Shown here piece after piece: positions 60,105 to 64,000 of a stretch of DNA of 64,000 bases. The stretch comes from Raillietiella orientalis. Taxonomy: Eukaryota. A program made the position numbers and the translations under genes. The stretch is taken from NCBI GenBank assembly GCA_036172245.1, contig JAYWIR010000033.1:310001-374000 (forward strand), given 5' to 3'. The notes under the pieces are model-generated. The model was not told where the DNA came from and searched no databases. It was given only the letters and a program-made list of their open reading frames with translations. Numbering within the stretch: position 1 is the first letter of the stretch; the number at the start of each line of letters is the position of its first letter.

Positions 60105-62207
60105 ACCAGAGTACGCCCTGGGCGCTTTTTAATTGAACTCTACATCTGCGGTACAAGGCCCCTCTGTCGGCCATATACACAGGACCTGCCGGGACGCCGG
60201 GACGCAGCCCGACGTGGCTCTCCTCGGCAGTGGAAGGGATGGGGGGGAAAACAAAAAGAAAAATAAAAAGTAATGAAAACAAAAAGAAGTTGGAGGGCTG
60301 GGAAGGGATCACTCTGCACTGGGAAAAGGGCCCATCCTTCGAAGGAAGCCCTTCAAGTCCGTTCGAATTGTACCCAGCTGGGGCCATCCAGAAGCTCTCG
60401 TCAGGAAGCGAACATCATACGGAATGACGTCCCTCTCGTTCTGGTTCACATCTTCGTCGCGTGTATCACTCCACGCCGCCACGATGCCACGGATGCAGCA
60501 TAATGCTGCCACGGCTGCGGCTGGGTCCAGGGCGTCCCGCACGAAGAGGAGGCGGAAAATGTCTCTGGGCGCGCTGCCTGAAGGGAGACCTAGGGTCATC
60601 CCAAACCGTTTCCATAGGGGTCGAAGGGCAGCACAGTCAACAATAAGGTGTGGGAGCGATTGCCTTTCCCCACACCGGGCACACTCAGGATTTACTCTCC
60701 TCCGGGTCCAGTGGAAGCAGCGCGCGTTGCAGGGCAGGCCCCAATGCAACGTCAGCAGCGCCGACTCTTGCCACTTGAGGGGGAGAATCCTGGCTTCAAT
60801 TAAAACCGGGGGCCACTTCAAGTCATCCGTCGGGATGCCGAGCAGCTCGTTCCATCTTGCAAGTCCTTGAGAGAGGGCACTCGGGGTCGTGGCATCCGCC
60901 AGTTCTCCCTTGGTCCAACCGTTTAACAATTTCTCTCGTCCTCAGATCCGGCAGGTGACTTGCCACTTCGGCGTCCGGCCGCTGGTAAGAGCCCTATACA
61001 GAAAGGGCAGCGCCGTAGCTAAAGGGGTGGTCTCCGCTTACGTGCTTATGGCGGGACACAGCAAAGTGGACCGCAGAGTGCAGCAGGCGTTACTGCCAAA
61101 TCGTAGGCGGTTCCAGTTTTCCTATCTGGTGTTGTTTAACTCTGCCCTCGTTTCAACGGTTTCCTCCAACCAGGCGGAGAAGTTGACGGGGCTGCATACT
61201 ATCCAACCTTTTTCTCTCACCAGGGCTTCCATGCGTCCGAGGAGGAGGCCGCATCTTCTAAACTACCGGCCGCGGCACAGAAGATAGGATGCAAGCCCTT
61301 GCGTACCGGTGACACGGCTGGCAAGTAAGCGGGCCGGAACGCATCAAGGGGTGTTCCACAACTTCGCTGCGATGGCCAAAGTGCGCCATCGCAGCTGGAT
61401 CTCCAATCGCTCCAGCGTCAGGAGGTAGAGACCGCCGTCCGGACGAAGAGCGCTTATGTCTTTCAAGTTCACTCCGAGCCTTCCGCTGCCCCAAAGGGCA
61501 ATACGGAGCAGGTCCTTGGTCTGTTTTTTCGACAGGGTAGGGACTGGGCAAACAAAAAGTAGGGGGCGTAGGATGAAGGCCGCGAATGCGTTTCAAACCG
61601 GGGCTCGTTCCGGCAGAAGGAACTTGCCTTCCAAAAATGGGCCGATCGCCAGCTCTACCTCTTGGAGATGATCTGAACAGGCTTCTGCTAAGCAGAAGTC
61701 CCCAGACGGGACACACAGGTACTTAAGGCAACTGGCCGTGGATATCCCAAAGCAGATCCAGTAAGGCCGTCCGACAAACGTCGCACCAACTGCTACCATC
61801 GAAGACTTCGCCTTGTTAACACGCAGTCCAGTCCCTTGGCTTAGCAGATCGAAGAAATCCTCGACTGCGGCTGCCGCGGTTGACATGGGCAACATAAGCA
61901 GAAGATCATCGGCGTATGCCGCAAGAGCAGGCGTGCCGGGGCACGAGCTAGGCAAGGCAGCAAAAGTCATCCTGTACGCTCTCAGCACCAACTCAAAGTA
62001 GGTGCCAAAGAGCAGGGCACGAATGCTATCGCCCTGCCGTATTCCCCACACCACCGGCACGCCGTACGCTGTGAATCCACTGTAATAAATATTAATTAGA
62101 GCGCGGCGCCAACATGAGCGCAGGTAGGAGATAAGGGGGGGTAGGAAGCACATGTGACCCAGGAGCCCCAGCAGGAGATCCTGATTTACGCAGTCGAAAG
62201 CCTTGTG
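60105..62207 (-). mobile_element. LINE V, copy 2 (RT from KAFD to 3' end)
   Basis: HKAFDCVNQ, GIRQGDS, AAYADDLL and CARCGERQSLPHLIVDC motifs. Confidence 0.9.
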
Positions 62208-63403
62208 TGCTCCAGGGTGGACGTGTTTTCTCGGTGCTCCTCGTGCCAGGAAGTCTCCCCCAGTGCAAGCGTCGTGTGGTTCGCTGGTCGATCAGGCAGC
62301 GATGCCTGACGCGACCACCAGGGATAACCAAGGGGCAGCGGACACGCGCCCCCAGAGGCGATGGAGAGCCATGGGGCGGCGGCAACGTCACCCCCGGAGG
62401 CGATAAAGGTGGGGGGCATCCGCCCCACAGAATCGGTCCCCGCTACAGCGCGGGCATAAAGCGCCGTTGTGTCGGCGCCAACGCCTGCAGCCGCGGCGGA
62501 ATTCTCGGCCTAAAAGGAGGAGGGGTACAACCCCTCATTGTTCTACAAGGTAGGCAATTTTTATTCTTTAGAGAGCGCGCGCGCCTTCTCGAAGGGCATG
62601 CGCACTCTCGATGTGAAAGAGGAGGAGCTCAGCGCTATGACCACCCGCAGCGGGATTCAGTACGTTGAGGTCATCTGCAAACATGCAGAGCTAGTCCAAC
62701 GACTGCTTAAAACCCCCGTTGTGATGGGGACGCGCAGGCTCCTACCCACTACGGCGGACCGCAGCATAATGGTCCACCAGTTAGGCGTAACCGCGCGAAT
62801 GCGCAAAGAACATGTTCGCGCTGCTTTGAAACAGTTCGGAACGGTCCACGCGCAGTGGACGAAAGTTAGTCCCTTCGAGGACTACACAAGGCTGCAACAC
62901 GGCCTCACGGCTGCGCGCGTGACCGTTCGGGAGGGCTGCACTCTTCCCCACAAACTGGTGGTCGAAGGCGAAACCGTCGACCTCTGGTATGTGGGGAAGC
63001 CGAAATACTGTGGCTTCTGCAAGACGTCGGGCCACCTCAAAAAGAGGTGTCTTAATGTGCAGTGCCAAGTATGCGGCACAATGGGCCACACGAGGGAGGT
63101 GTGCCCAAAAGCAGCAGTGCGGGTGTTTTCCAAGAGAAACCTTAAAAAACGCTCCCGGCTTCTGCAGAAAAGGCTGGCGGCGAAAGATGCCGCTAAGGCT
63201 GTGCCACCCGCGCCCAAGATTCAGGCCGCATTCAAGACCCCGGCGACCAACGCCGAAAAAGTTGAGGGAGCCGGCCAGGAGACTGGGTGCCAAGTCGCAA
63301 CGGCCAAAAACTCAAAAAAGAGGAGGATGGAAAAGAAAGTCGCCTACCAACAGAAGAAGAAAGAGCAGGGTAGCGCGATAATTAAAGAGTGCGGCGTCAT
63401 TGT
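62208..63403 (+). mobile_element. LINE Y, copy 2 (5' end and ORF1, frameshifted N-terminus)
   Basis: Close match to 19324-20517; knuckles CGFCKTSGHLKKRC and CQVCGTMGHTREVC. Confidence 0.9.
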
Positions 63404-64000
63404 TTATTACCCGGTTGCGCCGAAACGTTCATTAAAATATCAACTGAGAACTGTGTTCCCAGGCAAGGGGAACAGAAAATGGGGAGTAGATTTCCCGGAA
63501 CGCAGTCCGGACACACTGAGAGTTCGGAACGGGAGGGGGTAGGACAATAAATAAATAAACTGGGTGGGGGGGTGGGGACAGGGGTATATCGTCTAATTGT
63601 TCCTATTCTCAGAACCGGCGGTGAATGCCGCCGATCTCCATCCTCACTTCTGCTCCAAGATGTGGCCACCCGGCAGCCATTTGCAGGTTGCAGGCTGCGG
63701 TGTCGGGGACCGATGTTAAGACTGCTCGCATATGCAATACGTTGCGGGCCCTGACAATGGCGCGGACGCAGCAGATGATTGCGACGACCGCTCCAAGAGA
63801 AAGTCCGACACGCGTGTAGAAGCGGCTCATCCAATCCAGTGCGGTGTGTCCAGGGTGCAGGAGCGCTGAAGACAGCCGCTGCCACAGCTCCTGGAGGGCA
63901 CCGCACCAAAACAGCAAATGCGGAAGCGATTCCACCGCTCCGCATTTGGCACAGTTCGGGGACGCTACTCCCCCGGAAATCAGGTGCGCCCGCTGGTTGC
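63404..64000 (-). mobile_element. LINE X, copy 3 (3' end; continues beyond the window)
   Basis: Close match to 20518-21112; IGGIHRRF*; terminal motif 63433-63409. Confidence 0.9.

Noticed and set aside
1..64000. Prokaryotic RT systems (group II intron, retron, DGR)
   Set aside because: The RTs are flanked by APE endonuclease, zinc-knuckle ORF1 and AATAAA ends, which is eukaryotic LINE architecture.
1..64000. RIP-like or CpG-methylation decay as the cause of inactivation
   Set aside because: Elements stay GC- and CpG-rich by eye, and lesions include many indels and transversions; not quantified.

Overview
Eukaryotic DNA (host not identifiable from the sequence). About three quarters is a dense, nested cluster of decayed non-LTR retrotransposons of the L1/Tx1 type: gag-like ORF1 with CX2CX4HX4C knuckles, and ORF2 with APE endonuclease, RT (YADD) and a C-terminal zinc finger. 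About 20 fragments from several subfamilies are present and no ORF2 is intact. The junctions are not random. The same subfamily repeatedly sits, mostly antisense, at the same nucleotide of another LINE's coding sequence: the RT KAFD motif (x2), the ORF1 C-terminal region (x3) and the EN-RT linker LPEGF (x2). Two insertions retain ~16-17 bp target-site duplications. Elements share a 5' GGACGTG (DPE-like) motif, a TAATG ORF1/ORF2 overlap, and a 3' AATAAA plus hairpin end without poly(A). Two AT-rich islands (10.4-14.0 kb and 36.4-40.2 kb) belong to an inverted ~5 kb duplication. They hide a 3-exon small secreted Cys-rich protein gene with 37- and 46-nt introns, whose main exon has diverged more than its introns. 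Subfamily letters (X, Y, Z, V, W, B) are my own labels. All alignments and counts were done by eye and element boundaries are approximate.
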